Source: Minisyncoccota bacterium (GTDB taxonomy: Bacteria > Patescibacteriota > Minisyncoccia > UBA6257 > GWB1-50-10). Taken from it: DNA of 64,000 bases. The stretch covers positions 16,366 to 80,365 of the forward strand of contig JBAZZD010000001.1 of assembly GCA_041659005.1 (NCBI GenBank). The letters run 5' to 3'. The notes under the pieces were generated by a model that did not search any database, was not told the origin of the DNA, and was given only the letters and a program-made list of their open reading frames with translations. Both the position numbers and the translations under genes were made by a program. Of this stretch, positions 19,101 through 26,928 are shown one piece after another (within the stretch, counting starts at the first letter, position 1; each line of letters opens with the position of its first letter).

Positions 19101-20027
19101 TAAATTATAATTATCTACCCGCTGCGAATCCGCTAAATTCTTAACAATTTCTTTCCCAGAACTGCGACAAGACAAGACAACCTTTAACTTTCCAGGAGAA
19201 AATGTCTTAGTGTGAGCAATTAATTTTCTTGTATCGTCTAAATATCTTTCAGCGTCATCTAGAAATATCAAGGAATTCTTTTCGTGATCTAACTCATTGA
19301 TAGCTTCGTTAATATCTCTAATCCCAGGTCGACAAAACCATGTTTGAATACCTGGCCATAAAGAATCGCCATTTTTTCCAGATTCTACAATAAAATGTGT
19401 TTTTCCATAGCCACCTCCAGAATGAACAATAAGAAGATTAGATGTATTTTTTTGTATAAATTCCTTTAAAATATTTACTGATTCTTCTCGGCCGACAAAA
19501 ACTCCTTTAAGAAGCGGCTCTGATTCGGCGAATACATGAGCTGGAACGAATGTTGGTTCTTGGGGATCGCCAAAGTAGTTATGCCTTAATAGCGGATATT
19601 GAGTTGTTTTACTTTCTAAGTTGGCTCGCGGCCAAATAAATAACTGATCGACGAATTTTTTATTTTCGTTTAGCTTCTCAAGTTTACCTATATGATCGTC
19701 GGTGCCTATTCTCAAATCAGCATTTGTCGCAACCAGTAAAAAATTCACTTTATTCTTCTTTGCCTTTTCTAACTCCTTTTTAATCTCTCTCTGTAATTGT
19801 TTATAGGCTGCCTCAAGATTATGTTTGGTCCATTTCGCTTGGAAATTCCAAACACCCTTAAGACCCATATATGGTCCGTCATAACGCCCATCCCAACCGC
19901 CATCTGCTCCAATTTCCGGATTGCTTGAGAGAAAAGCGGGGTGGTTAATTTCTAATGCAAAAAGATCGTTTACTAAACGTTGGAAGTCTCTATCATTATT
20001 GATTTTATTCCAATCTAGGTTTTTCAT
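16170..20027 (-). CDS. Restriction-endonuclease-like domain fused to STAND-like ATPase and long helical C-terminus (Avs-like defence protein)
   Basis: FQRLVNDLF...GADGGWDG...FQAK (PD-(D/E)xK-like); Walker A GGGYGKT; Walker B LIFLDD; 1285 aa. Confidence 0.75.
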   Translation of the reverse strand: MKNLDWNKINNDRDFQRLVNDLFALEINHPAFLSSNPEIGADGGWDGRYDGPYMGLKGVWNFQAKWTKHNLEAAYKQLQREIKKELEKAKKNKVNFLLVATNADLRIGTDDHIGKLEKLNENKKFVDQLFIWPRANLESKTTQYPLLRHNYFGDPQEPTFVPAHVFAESEPLLKGVFVGREESVNILKEFIQKNTSNLLIVHSGGGYGKTHFIVESGKNGDSLWPGIQTWFCRPGIRDINEAINELDHEKNSLIFLDDAERYLDDTRKLIAHTKTFSPGKLKVVLSCRSSGKEIVKNLADSQRVDNYNLLELPHLSEKELIEILNLAADSKKINHPERIVKELNGNLFLIITTGKLIKGGDLNPSQVKKQIKDNLDQETVNALKGVLDERNSKAFLRELSIIVPFSKEKRGNNVLDKLATVLELKVDLINEALNKLIEAKILRVVGASIRFNPDMKGDIYLSVELDKENGKDLANEMFENWLSIYPKQLTANLAAASRHKDTNSANEAVKELFQKWINETSETSDSSKSKILELAASIAFLAPEEAISLVYAYVNSSNTQNSYGLNRDTYGPVIYHVLHVPGFEKAILKLILYLAQKDLKGTYDNYKPASLIKQAISPIEVNIASATQSLKELLDWVSKGNCTELEARLASDGVLESLSGSHEHRESYGNQITFGRRILRYEGIYKKPVDEFRDVGMDVLKKLVLHSNDKIKKIGVEIVDDIGHEATSTSDDFWKRILSDKTKAIEWLEKLISETSSHEVLSSIEDVLVRYWANNNIYLDLSDKIAGILRNFPRSMEYIIFRYFVAHDLIISDFKKIESGAPESDRWSWLVHNHFRLHDFPQEELDEVVKRLSNKYKSRAEIIKYLYELENEVKGITQWQTIPLVETWSKFNNQSFIEIVDDENLLSSVPNRFHLGIYRVASDRDKQYIMKYASRILGDLNNLQRQAVDNLLDLIIRHNVSTAEFMPWISQIIEKADDYLKNLILHRSYFIFKDRDQTEKNQVVNILEQSLSGVVNSNVLDMFDFLVHNAVNWNLPSGDLDKIRKKLFEIIKDIPSVDYHTDDLLKFALNGDLDQFIELVEYRLKKQSEYFKNRGAEKFDAIPFDGFRSATELIKNYDDFAKLMDKINFWRNEELLFSFDIDGFLGKSIGGHDSEHGDYLLHYIGDKIKTGDAESLKIATNAFFGISFGADTIDLFLNFLMAAEKAGVLDEAKDVFTHQVISGSYSSTVGQAPPALVNKKEALEKISAKCQPGVIKNYVDSLTGSIADDIKRHLDEGEELISPKS

Positions 20028-22387
20028 AATTCAAGTGCCATCCATTCTTTCCAATCATCCTGTTCGCATTTCTCCCAATCATAAATAGCCTTGTCGCTGA
20101 TGTGCCAGGCACGATTGCGTTCAATGACAATACCGCCGAAAAGCTTCTTGTTTTTCTGATCGGCAATGTATTTCTGCAAAGCTTCGGCTTTAGCTTTGGT
20201 GTAGGTTATACCGTCCCGATCACCGGAGTCTTTGACTTCAAACAAACCGATTCGACCGTCGGCAAACTTCACTAAATAGTCCGGGTAGAACGTATAGATG
20301 CCTCCGGCATATTCGTACTTTATGCCAAAGTAATCCTGCTTATTCTCTCCATTTTTCCACCACCAATCAATCTTAGAGGCGTTGTCGTTCAAGAATGACT
20401 CAAACTCACGTTCTGGCTTTGAGCGATCCACATTGAGATAACACGGATCATAAGCATACTTTTTCGCTTTTACGATTTCATCGGTGTACTCGTTATAAAA
20501 CTGCTCAGGCTGAAGCTCAAAAGGATATCGCTGTTCGCTTTCCTCGATACGCTCTCGGACTTCCTGCTCTTTAACAGCCTTATAGTTATCAATCGCCGTA
20601 GCCAGTACGTGCTCAAAGTAGCCACGATTTTTATCGTGCAAGAAAACCTTCTGCGCCATGAGCATATTTTCCTCACCCCAGCTCTTTGAGCCGAGCACCC
20701 CCTGAAACCAGAGATAGATGGCCGCTTTAACCGACGGGACCGAACGCTTCACGTTCTTGAAAGGTCCGAGATTGTTTTTAATGGTCTGCTCAAAAAAGAC
20801 CATGAGCTCGTCGGCCGCCACCTGAAGCTTGGCAAAACCTTCGGCACCGAGCTTACCCTCAAGCTCATCAAAACTTTTTATATCCAAATGCGTATCGGCG
20901 ATAATTTCTTGCTGATACTTCTTGATATTGAGATCAACGCCCTTGCTCTCAACTTTCTTGGCGTTCTCCGCTGGTTTATTTTTGCGTGATACGCCAAAGT
21001 ATTTATTGGCTGTTTCTTCAAAGACATCGTGGAAGCTGGATGTGACATCGCCATAATCCGCTCGAGCTTTGTAGTACGACTCTATCTTGAGCGATTTGTA
21101 ATCCTTTGTGCGTCCAGCTCGCAAATGCTTGATGATGTTCGGATTGTATTCTTCCTTTTTAACTTCGATTGATTTGAGATTGGTATAGATATAACCACGA
21201 TTGAGCATTTCGTGTCCGTAGTGTCGCTGTTCCGGCATACGCAAAATACGGCCAACAGTTTGGATTTCAAAGACGATATTATGTGTCTCTCGAAACTTCA
21301 CAAGAATGTGTGCTCGAGGACAATCCCAGCCGGTATCAATGGCTTGCTTGAAAATAAGAAATTCAATCTCGTTATCCGGCTCGGCGATCCAATCAATAAG
21401 CTCTGACTTCTGTTCGGCCAGCCAGATAGCCAGCTTGCCGTTGCCGTGCCCATCTTTACGTTCAACGATACTCTTACCAGCCAGAAATTTCTTCACTGCT
21501 TCGATCTTTTGGTCACCAGCTTCTGCGGTAGGAATCTGTACCAGAACCAAAGGATTGATATGTGATCCTTCTTTTTCAAATACCTTTTTAAGTTCTAGAC
21601 GCTTACGATAGGCGGCCTCGAGTACAGCTGATTGTGAGTCATCTTCGGAAGCGGCGATTTTCTCTATATCCTCGTTGATGATGATTTCTTTCTTAATCAT
21701 ACCTTCGTCAATCACATCTTTCGGCTCGACTATGACATAGCCAGCACCGCCTCGAGCCAGTTCCTGGGTAAAACCGAGCTCCTGCTGTGGCCGACGGGGA
21801 GTAGCGGACATTTCGATCACAATATCTGCACCGATAAGGTCGCGGAGCTCATTTGCCCGGGCTGTGTCAGCACTTACGTGGCTCTCATCAATAATAAGAA
21901 TGATTTTACGTTGCTCTCTGGTCTTCTCGAGCACATCCCGAAAATTTAACTTCTCGCCGTCTTTCATGACCAAGTTTTTCCAATCTCCGGATTCACGTTC
22001 CTTGCTTCGAAGTTTTTCCCAGTTGGCGACCACGACTTCGTTTTGCACGATCCGTTCACGCCCACCGCTAAAGGCATTCTCGACAGATGTAACTCGAGGG
22101 AAACCAGCGAATACCTTTTCGAGCGAATGTTTGCTCTGTAAATGAAGCTCACCCTTACCGATACTCATCCAAACAAAGCAAAAATCTTCTTTGGGGAGTT
22201 CTTTGATAATACCCTCGATGTACTTAGCCATCATGATGGTCTTACCCGAACCAGTGGGAGATTGAAAGACGCACACTTCGCCCGGGCCGTCATAACCCAA
22301 AAGCTTGACCGTTGTTTCGATCAGCTGATTAACGGCTTTTTCTTGATAAGGTTTAAGATCAATATTCATAAATTTGTTTATATACAT
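20024..22387 (-). CDS. res: Type III restriction enzyme Res subunit
   Basis: SPTGSGKT, IIDESH, MSATP, QTVGRILR, C-terminal YPDYLV...FEVK nuclease motif. Confidence 0.9.
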   Translation of the reverse strand: MYINKFMNIDLKPYQEKAVNQLIETTVKLLGYDGPGEVCVFQSPTGSGKTIMMAKYIEGIIKELPKEDFCFVWMSIGKGELHLQSKHSLEKVFAGFPRVTSVENAFSGGRERIVQNEVVVANWEKLRSKERESGDWKNLVMKDGEKLNFRDVLEKTREQRKIILIIDESHVSADTARANELRDLIGADIVIEMSATPRRPQQELGFTQELARGGAGYVIVEPKDVIDEGMIKKEIIINEDIEKIAASEDDSQSAVLEAAYRKRLELKKVFEKEGSHINPLVLVQIPTAEAGDQKIEAVKKFLAGKSIVERKDGHGNGKLAIWLAEQKSELIDWIAEPDNEIEFLIFKQAIDTGWDCPRAHILVKFRETHNIVFEIQTVGRILRMPEQRHYGHEMLNRGYIYTNLKSIEVKKEEYNPNIIKHLRAGRTKDYKSLKIESYYKARADYGDVTSSFHDVFEETANKYFGVSRKNKPAENAKKVESKGVDLNIKKYQQEIIADTHLDIKSFDELEGKLGAEGFAKLQVAADELMVFFEQTIKNNLGPFKNVKRSVPSVKAAIYLWFQGVLGSKSWGEENMLMAQKVFLHDKNRGYFEHVLATAIDNYKAVKEQEVRERIEESEQRYPFELQPEQFYNEYTDEIVKAKKYAYDPCYLNVDRSKPEREFESFLNDNASKIDWWWKNGENKQDYFGIKYEYAGGIYTFYPDYLVKFADGRIGLFEVKDSGDRDGITYTKAKAEALQKYIADQKNKKLFGGIVIERNRAWHISDKAIYDWEKCEQDDWKEWMALEL

Positions 22388-24089
22388 CTAATATCTTTTG
22401 AGGAATGGGTTCGAGCGTAACACCATGCCAGTTAGCGAACTCTGTTTTTGAAAGACCTGTGGCATCGAGCGTGAAGCAGTAAAGTATTTTCTCACCATCA
22501 ATTTCCTTTAGCTCTTTTTTCAAGGCGGGCAATGATTTACGGTCCAAAGAATAGTAAACAGCCAGCGTTTTATTGCCTTGTTGGAATATACGATAGTGAT
22601 CGGTCTTTTTTACTTCATCAAACACGCCTTCTCGCAAACAAAGCATCTCGGTGCATTCCTGTGTAATCCGTATCTTAAAGTCATCGCCGTTGGCGTTCTT
22701 TTTTACGAATTTTGTCTTGAAATATTTAAGAGAGCCACCCGTACCCGGCACTTTTACATTTTCAGAATTTTTATATCCTCCAGATACATTTTTCAGTCGA
22801 GGATAGCAAACTTCCGTACAAATATTGCCCTCGTCATTAGTACAAAGTATAAATTCTCTTTTTCCACCGTCCTGATTAAGTTCAAGAACTGCGTGACCCG
22901 TAGTACCTGAACCGGCAAAAAAATCGAGAACAATCCCGTCTTTTTTGATGGAGAGATTGATACATTTTTTAATTAGCTCAACTGATTTAGGGAAGTCAAA
23001 AAGATGCTGATGAAACATACTTTTCAAAACCTCTTTCCCGTTTTCGTTGTTTATGTTTTTATCTAACCATAAAGCTTTTTCTTTGGTTGTAGCTGTTTCT
23101 CCATTCTGCTTTATAAGACGATCTTTTCTATAGACTCGCCAAGCACCTGTTGAAACCTTTTTACCGACAAGATCAGTTATTTCCTTGGCGACTTTTTCTT
23201 TACCCCATGTCCAGCAACCGTCTTCGTTTTTAGAGTTGCGTGGGTAGACCTCAACATAGCCTTTCTTGTTAGTTAAAGAAACTACACCATTTTTTAAATC
23301 AACAAAAAGTGGGTAATAAAGATTTGGTCGGTTCTTTCGATTAAAGACAGGGTTACGATTTCTTAATTCCAAGAGACGATATTTCCCTTTCTCGTCCTCT
23401 TTATCATATTCGGCCAGCATTTCCTCACCTTTAGTAGGTTCTATAATTTGTGCAATGTTAAAATCCTTGGCGAAAACTAAAATATATTCAAAAGTTTTTG
23501 CGAAATGTTTATCAAGCGTTCTGCCTCGCGGATTTAGTTGGACAACAAGTTGAGCAATAAAGTTTTTCTCTCCAAAAATATCATCACATAATAGTTTAAG
23601 GTGCGAGACTTCATTGTCGTCTATGCTAATGAAAATAACCCCGGAGTCCTTAAGTAGGTTTTTTGCGAGCTGAATTCTCTTTGCCATAAAAGAGAGCCAT
23701 TTACTGTGCCGATATGCATCTTCTCTGTCGACGTAATTGTCATTATATTTAAAGTCCTTGTTGCCCGTGTTATACGGCGGATCAATATAGATCACATCAA
23801 CCTTACCTTGATGCGTAAAATTCAAAACTGAGAGAGCATGATAATTATCTCCCTCGATCAAAATATTAACCGGCCTGGACGGGTCCTTGTCAGTAATTTC
23901 CTTAGAACCGATTTCTTTTAGTACCGGTAAAGCATTCTCTGCATCTTTCTCAAATTGTTCTTTGACTTTTTCCTCATCCCAAATAAGCCCGTACTTCTTT
24001 CGGGACTCCAACTTCTCAACAATTTTGACTAACTCTTCTTTGCTGAGTTGGGAGTAGTCTTTTCCATTTTTGGCGATTTCCTTTTGCAT
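22359..24089 (-). CDS. mod: Type III R-M Mod subunit (N6-adenine DNA methyltransferase)
   Basis: IEGDN, YIDPPYNTG, FPKS, LDFFAGSGTTGHAV. Confidence 0.93.
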   Translation of the reverse strand: MQKEIAKNGKDYSQLSKEELVKIVEKLESRKKYGLIWDEEKVKEQFEKDAENALPVLKEIGSKEITDKDPSRPVNILIEGDNYHALSVLNFTHQGKVDVIYIDPPYNTGNKDFKYNDNYVDREDAYRHSKWLSFMAKRIQLAKNLLKDSGVIFISIDDNEVSHLKLLCDDIFGEKNFIAQLVVQLNPRGRTLDKHFAKTFEYILVFAKDFNIAQIIEPTKGEEMLAEYDKEDEKGKYRLLELRNRNPVFNRKNRPNLYYPLFVDLKNGVVSLTNKKGYVEVYPRNSKNEDGCWTWGKEKVAKEITDLVGKKVSTGAWRVYRKDRLIKQNGETATTKEKALWLDKNINNENGKEVLKSMFHQHLFDFPKSVELIKKCINLSIKKDGIVLDFFAGSGTTGHAVLELNQDGGKREFILCTNDEGNICTEVCYPRLKNVSGGYKNSENVKVPGTGGSLKYFKTKFVKKNANGDDFKIRITQECTEMLCLREGVFDEVKKTDHYRIFQQGNKTLAVYYSLDRKSLPALKKELKEIDGEKILYCFTLDATGLSKTEFANWHGVTLEPIPQKILDVYKQIYEY

Positions 24090-24095
24090 AAAATT

Positions 24096-24287
24096 TTATT
24101 TCTTCTTACGTTTAACATTGCTCGTGTCCTCAAGAAAAGCATTTAGGTCCGACTGCTTGATCCGCCAGACTCCGAGCTTGGATGCTTTAAGCCGGCCGGC
24201 TTCGATGTACCGTGTGACCGTGCGTGTATGCACTCGTAAAATTTTAGCGACTTCCTCAATCGTAAAAAGTTTTTCGATTTCGTTCAT
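24096..24287 (-). CDS. Excisionase-like helix-turn-helix protein (HTH_17)
   Basis: LFTIEEVAKILRVHTRTVTRYIEAGRLKASKLGVWRI. Confidence 0.88.
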   Translation of the reverse strand: MNEIEKLFTIEEVAKILRVHTRTVTRYIEAGRLKASKLGVWRIKQSDLNAFLEDTSNVKRKKK

Positions 24288-24408
24288 AAAAATATATTAG
24301 TCGTTGATACCATTTTACCGCTTCTGCTTTTCGTTGTCAAAAACGCCGTCTTTTGTCATAATGAGCTTAACAACAAAAAGAGCACACTGTTTTAACAATA
24401 AGGATATC

Positions 24409-24469
24409 ACTATATCACTCTGTTGATATAGTAAGTGGCTTTACTATCTCAGTTGATTGATATAGTAAA
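24409..24469. promoter_or_regulatory. Two tandem operator-like palindromes
   Basis: actatatca-N6-tgatatagt (24409-24432) and tttactatctca-N6-tgatatagtaaa (24440-24469). Confidence 0.65.
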
Positions 24470-24618
24470 TTTAGTGAATGCCAATGCAACAAAAGTGTAT
24501 TACTGTCGAAAAGTGAACTGGAAAGGACTTTAAACACCCTTTCCAGTTAAAAAACGAAGCTGAACTCCATTAACTTCTTGTCAGCTTTTGTCAGATCAGC
24601 TGTCCACAGAAATGGGTG

Positions 24619-24648
24619 TTGACGGTCCCTAGAGAAATCCGCTAAAAT
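24619..24648 (+). promoter_or_regulatory. Sigma70-type promoter
   Basis: ttgacg-N18-taaaat just upstream of the structured RNA. Confidence 0.55.
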
Positions 24649-24655
24649 ATACATA

Positions 24656-24897
24656 TCAGAGTTAGTTGGTCTGACGGCGACTGAATTCTCAGTCTAAACG
24701 TGACGGGACTACGACTACTGTTATCAGCACTGCCATTTGGTGTGTGCATTTGATGACAAGAGTCGTGGTCCCGTTTTTTGTTTTCCAGCTCGCTCTGCTG
24801 ATAAATAATTTCCCTCTGAGGCTAAGGTGCCTCGATTAGACCGACGAATTTGATTAGACGGATAAAGGCTAGCTCCCGGCAGGGGCCAGCCTTTTAT
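24656..24897 (+). ncRNA. Unassigned multi-stem structured RNA / leader
   Basis: Outer helix 24656-24674/24836-24853; long hairpin 24703-24774 followed by T run; 3' hairpin 24862-24897 reaching the ATG; mismatches are mostly G-U on the + strand. Confidence 0.6.
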
Positions 24898-25096
24898 GTT
24901 GCCCCAAGAAGCAATCCAAGAATTTAAAACACTGTACGAAAAACGCTACGGCGTAAAGCTCTCCGATGAGGAGGCTGCTTTGCGCGCGAATAATCTTTTC
25001 AAACTTTACAAGATCACCTACATGGGTGAGCCAAACATCGACGACTTCAAAGAAAAAGTAGTGAAAAGCCATGACCTCAACACCAACCACAATTAG
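24896..25096 (+). CDS. Small hypothetical protein
   Basis: MLPQEAIQEFKTLYEKRYGVKLSDEEA..RANNL; first gene of an overlapping operon. Confidence 0.7.
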   Translation: MLPQEAIQEFKTLYEKRYGVKLSDEEAALRANNLFKLYKITYMGEPNIDDFKEKVVKSHDLNTNHN

Positions 25097-25379
25097 CGAA
25101 ATACAGTTCTACCCGGTTAAACCCCAGGACGGCCTCCTTGGGTTTGTTTCGTTTGTCCTGGACAGCAAATTCTGGATGGGATCGGTGGCTGTTTTCTCCA
25201 GGCGCGAGGGCGGATACCGGCTTGTGTATCCAACACGCAAAGTTGCCGGACAAAACATTAATATTTTTCATCCAATTAACCACGAAGTCGGCATCCTGGT
25301 CGAAAAAGCCGTCAGTGAAAAAGTAGCTGAAATATTTAGTGAATCATATGAACAAACCGAACCGGACAACACGTGGTAA
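25071..25379 (+). CDS. SpoVG-family nucleic-acid-binding protein
   Basis: ISEIQFYP...LLGFVSFVLD...LVYPTRK...IFHPIN. Confidence 0.8.
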   Translation: MTSTPTTISEIQFYPVKPQDGLLGFVSFVLDSKFWMGSVAVFSRREGGYRLVYPTRKVAGQNINIFHPINHEVGILVEKAVSEKVAEIFSESYEQTEPDNTW

Positions 25380-25779
25380 AAGCTTAAATTTCTTTCCGGC
25401 TCCTCACCTGGTCTTCGATGACGACCGGCTGAAGAATTCGCTCACGCACGCCGAGCGGGATTTTCTCATGGTTATCTGCCACCTCTCAAACCGCTATGCA
25501 AATGCAGCCGGCTGGTTTTGGCATACCGATCGATTGTTTACCACGCGCGAAGACAAGGAGCGCGGGTTCGCTTCGTTTGGGTTTAGCAGATCAACATGCC
25601 GCCGGGTGAGAAAGAAGCTTGCCGGTCTTGGACTGATAGAAACCAGACCGGGAACATCGGAACGTGGCCGGTGGGCCGGAACTTTGTATCGCCTTAACCC
25701 CAGACTTCTCCAGCCTGCCGGGGTTCATAATGAAGCACGGTCAGGTGTCTTAGAGAATCATGGCCCGGGTCCACCATGA
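25339..25779 (+). CDS. Helix-turn-helix replication-initiator-like protein
   Basis: FF..P..VFD...LT.AE..FL...SRSTC.R.RK.L...GLI...Y.L; repeated atgaagcac near the 3' end. Confidence 0.55.
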   Translation: MNHMNKPNRTTRGKSLNFFPAPHLVFDDDRLKNSLTHAERDFLMVICHLSNRYANAAGWFWHTDRLFTTREDKERGFASFGFSRSTCRRVRKKLAGLGLIETRPGTSERGRWAGTLYRLNPRLLQPAGVHNEARSGVLENHGPGPP

Positions 25780-25867
25780 AGCACTTAGTAATAAAGATTG
25801 AGTAAGAAAGAAACAATAAGAGAGCTTAAATAAAGCGAGATGGCTCGTCAAAAATTAAAAAATAGGG

Positions 25868-25900
25868 GTTGGGCAAAGCTTGGGTGAAACTTGGGCAGAT
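25868..25900. repeat. Three 11-bp-periodic repeats (iteron-like)
   Basis: gttgggcaaag cttgggtgaaa cttgggcagat. Confidence 0.5.
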
Positions 25901-26063
25901 TTTCGAGAAGATAACCAAATAAAAGGCGAACAAAATCGGTACAAGAATAGATACCCAACCTGTAAATAAAGGCGTAAAATGTAAGTAATTAAGTGTTTGA
26001 CTTCTTTCGACCTTAGGACCATGTTGTGCTTAGGTCGAGAAAATAATTAATGAAAACAATCAT

Positions 26064-26927
26064 ATGACAAACAAAGCCAAAATAACCACCGTAATCGCCC
26101 TTGTAGCGGTCTTTGGTGCAGGATTCGGGGTTTATTACCTTCTAGGAAACAAAGCACCGCGCGGAGGCACGAATACAGACGTAGCCTCAATTACGACATT
26201 CGAGCAATGCTCTGAGGCCGGTTACCCGATCGTTAAGCATTATCCAGATCAGTGCAAAACTCCGGACGGTAGAATTTTTGTAAACGACAATCCTCCAAGC
26301 CAAACAGAGCTTGTGAAAGCCGAGCAAACAATTCGAACGTTCATGGGAGAGCTGAATCTGGAGTTGCAATACACCGGACAAAATAATCATCCCACGAATT
26401 TTGCCGTCTTAAGCAACGTTAAACAGAACGACGGCGGATTTACGGCCGACAATCCCGAAGAATGGGACCGGCCGGTCTACATCTTCCAGCAAACAGATTA
26501 CATCAACGACCGCTGCGAAGTTTATCAATATCAGGTAACGCAAAAAACGAATCAGGTCGTGGAAATCGGAATTGTCTATCCGATAGAACGCAACGCTACC
26601 ACGCCAGGTAATTGCCCTGGTAACGGATCGCTGGAAACTCCGCTGAAGACCAAAGCTGAAATCGAACAAATTGCCTTCGCTTATTTCGGCAGAGACCCGG
26701 AACACACGAAATTCATGCTTCGCTCCGACATCCAGCTTAAATACATCTCAAGCAAACCAGGCGCAGCAAACCCGGCTGCCAATGAATGGCAATGGGAAGA
26801 CAAAAACGCCTCACTGCCGGACGGACTGACCGGCGATCCGTGGCAGCACCCGATTGCCAGAATCATAATATCAAGTGGCGGTAAACTGATTTACTATCTG
26901 AACACCACCGACTTATTCCAAAACTAA
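26064..26927 (+). CDS. Membrane-anchored hypothetical protein
   Basis: N-terminal TM; small Cys-pair domain TFEQCSEAGYPIVKHYPDQCKTPDGRIF; stop 1 nt before the recombinase ATG. Confidence 0.75.
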   Translation: MTNKAKITTVIALVAVFGAGFGVYYLLGNKAPRGGTNTDVASITTFEQCSEAGYPIVKHYPDQCKTPDGRIFVNDNPPSQTELVKAEQTIRTFMGELNLELQYTGQNNHPTNFAVLSNVKQNDGGFTADNPEEWDRPVYIFQQTDYINDRCEVYQYQVTQKTNQVVEIGIVYPIERNATTPGNCPGNGSLETPLKTKAEIEQIAFAYFGRDPEHTKFMLRSDIQLKYISSKPGAANPAANEWQWEDKNASLPDGLTGDPWQHPIARIIISSGGKLIYYLNTTDLFQN

Positions 26928-26928
26928 T

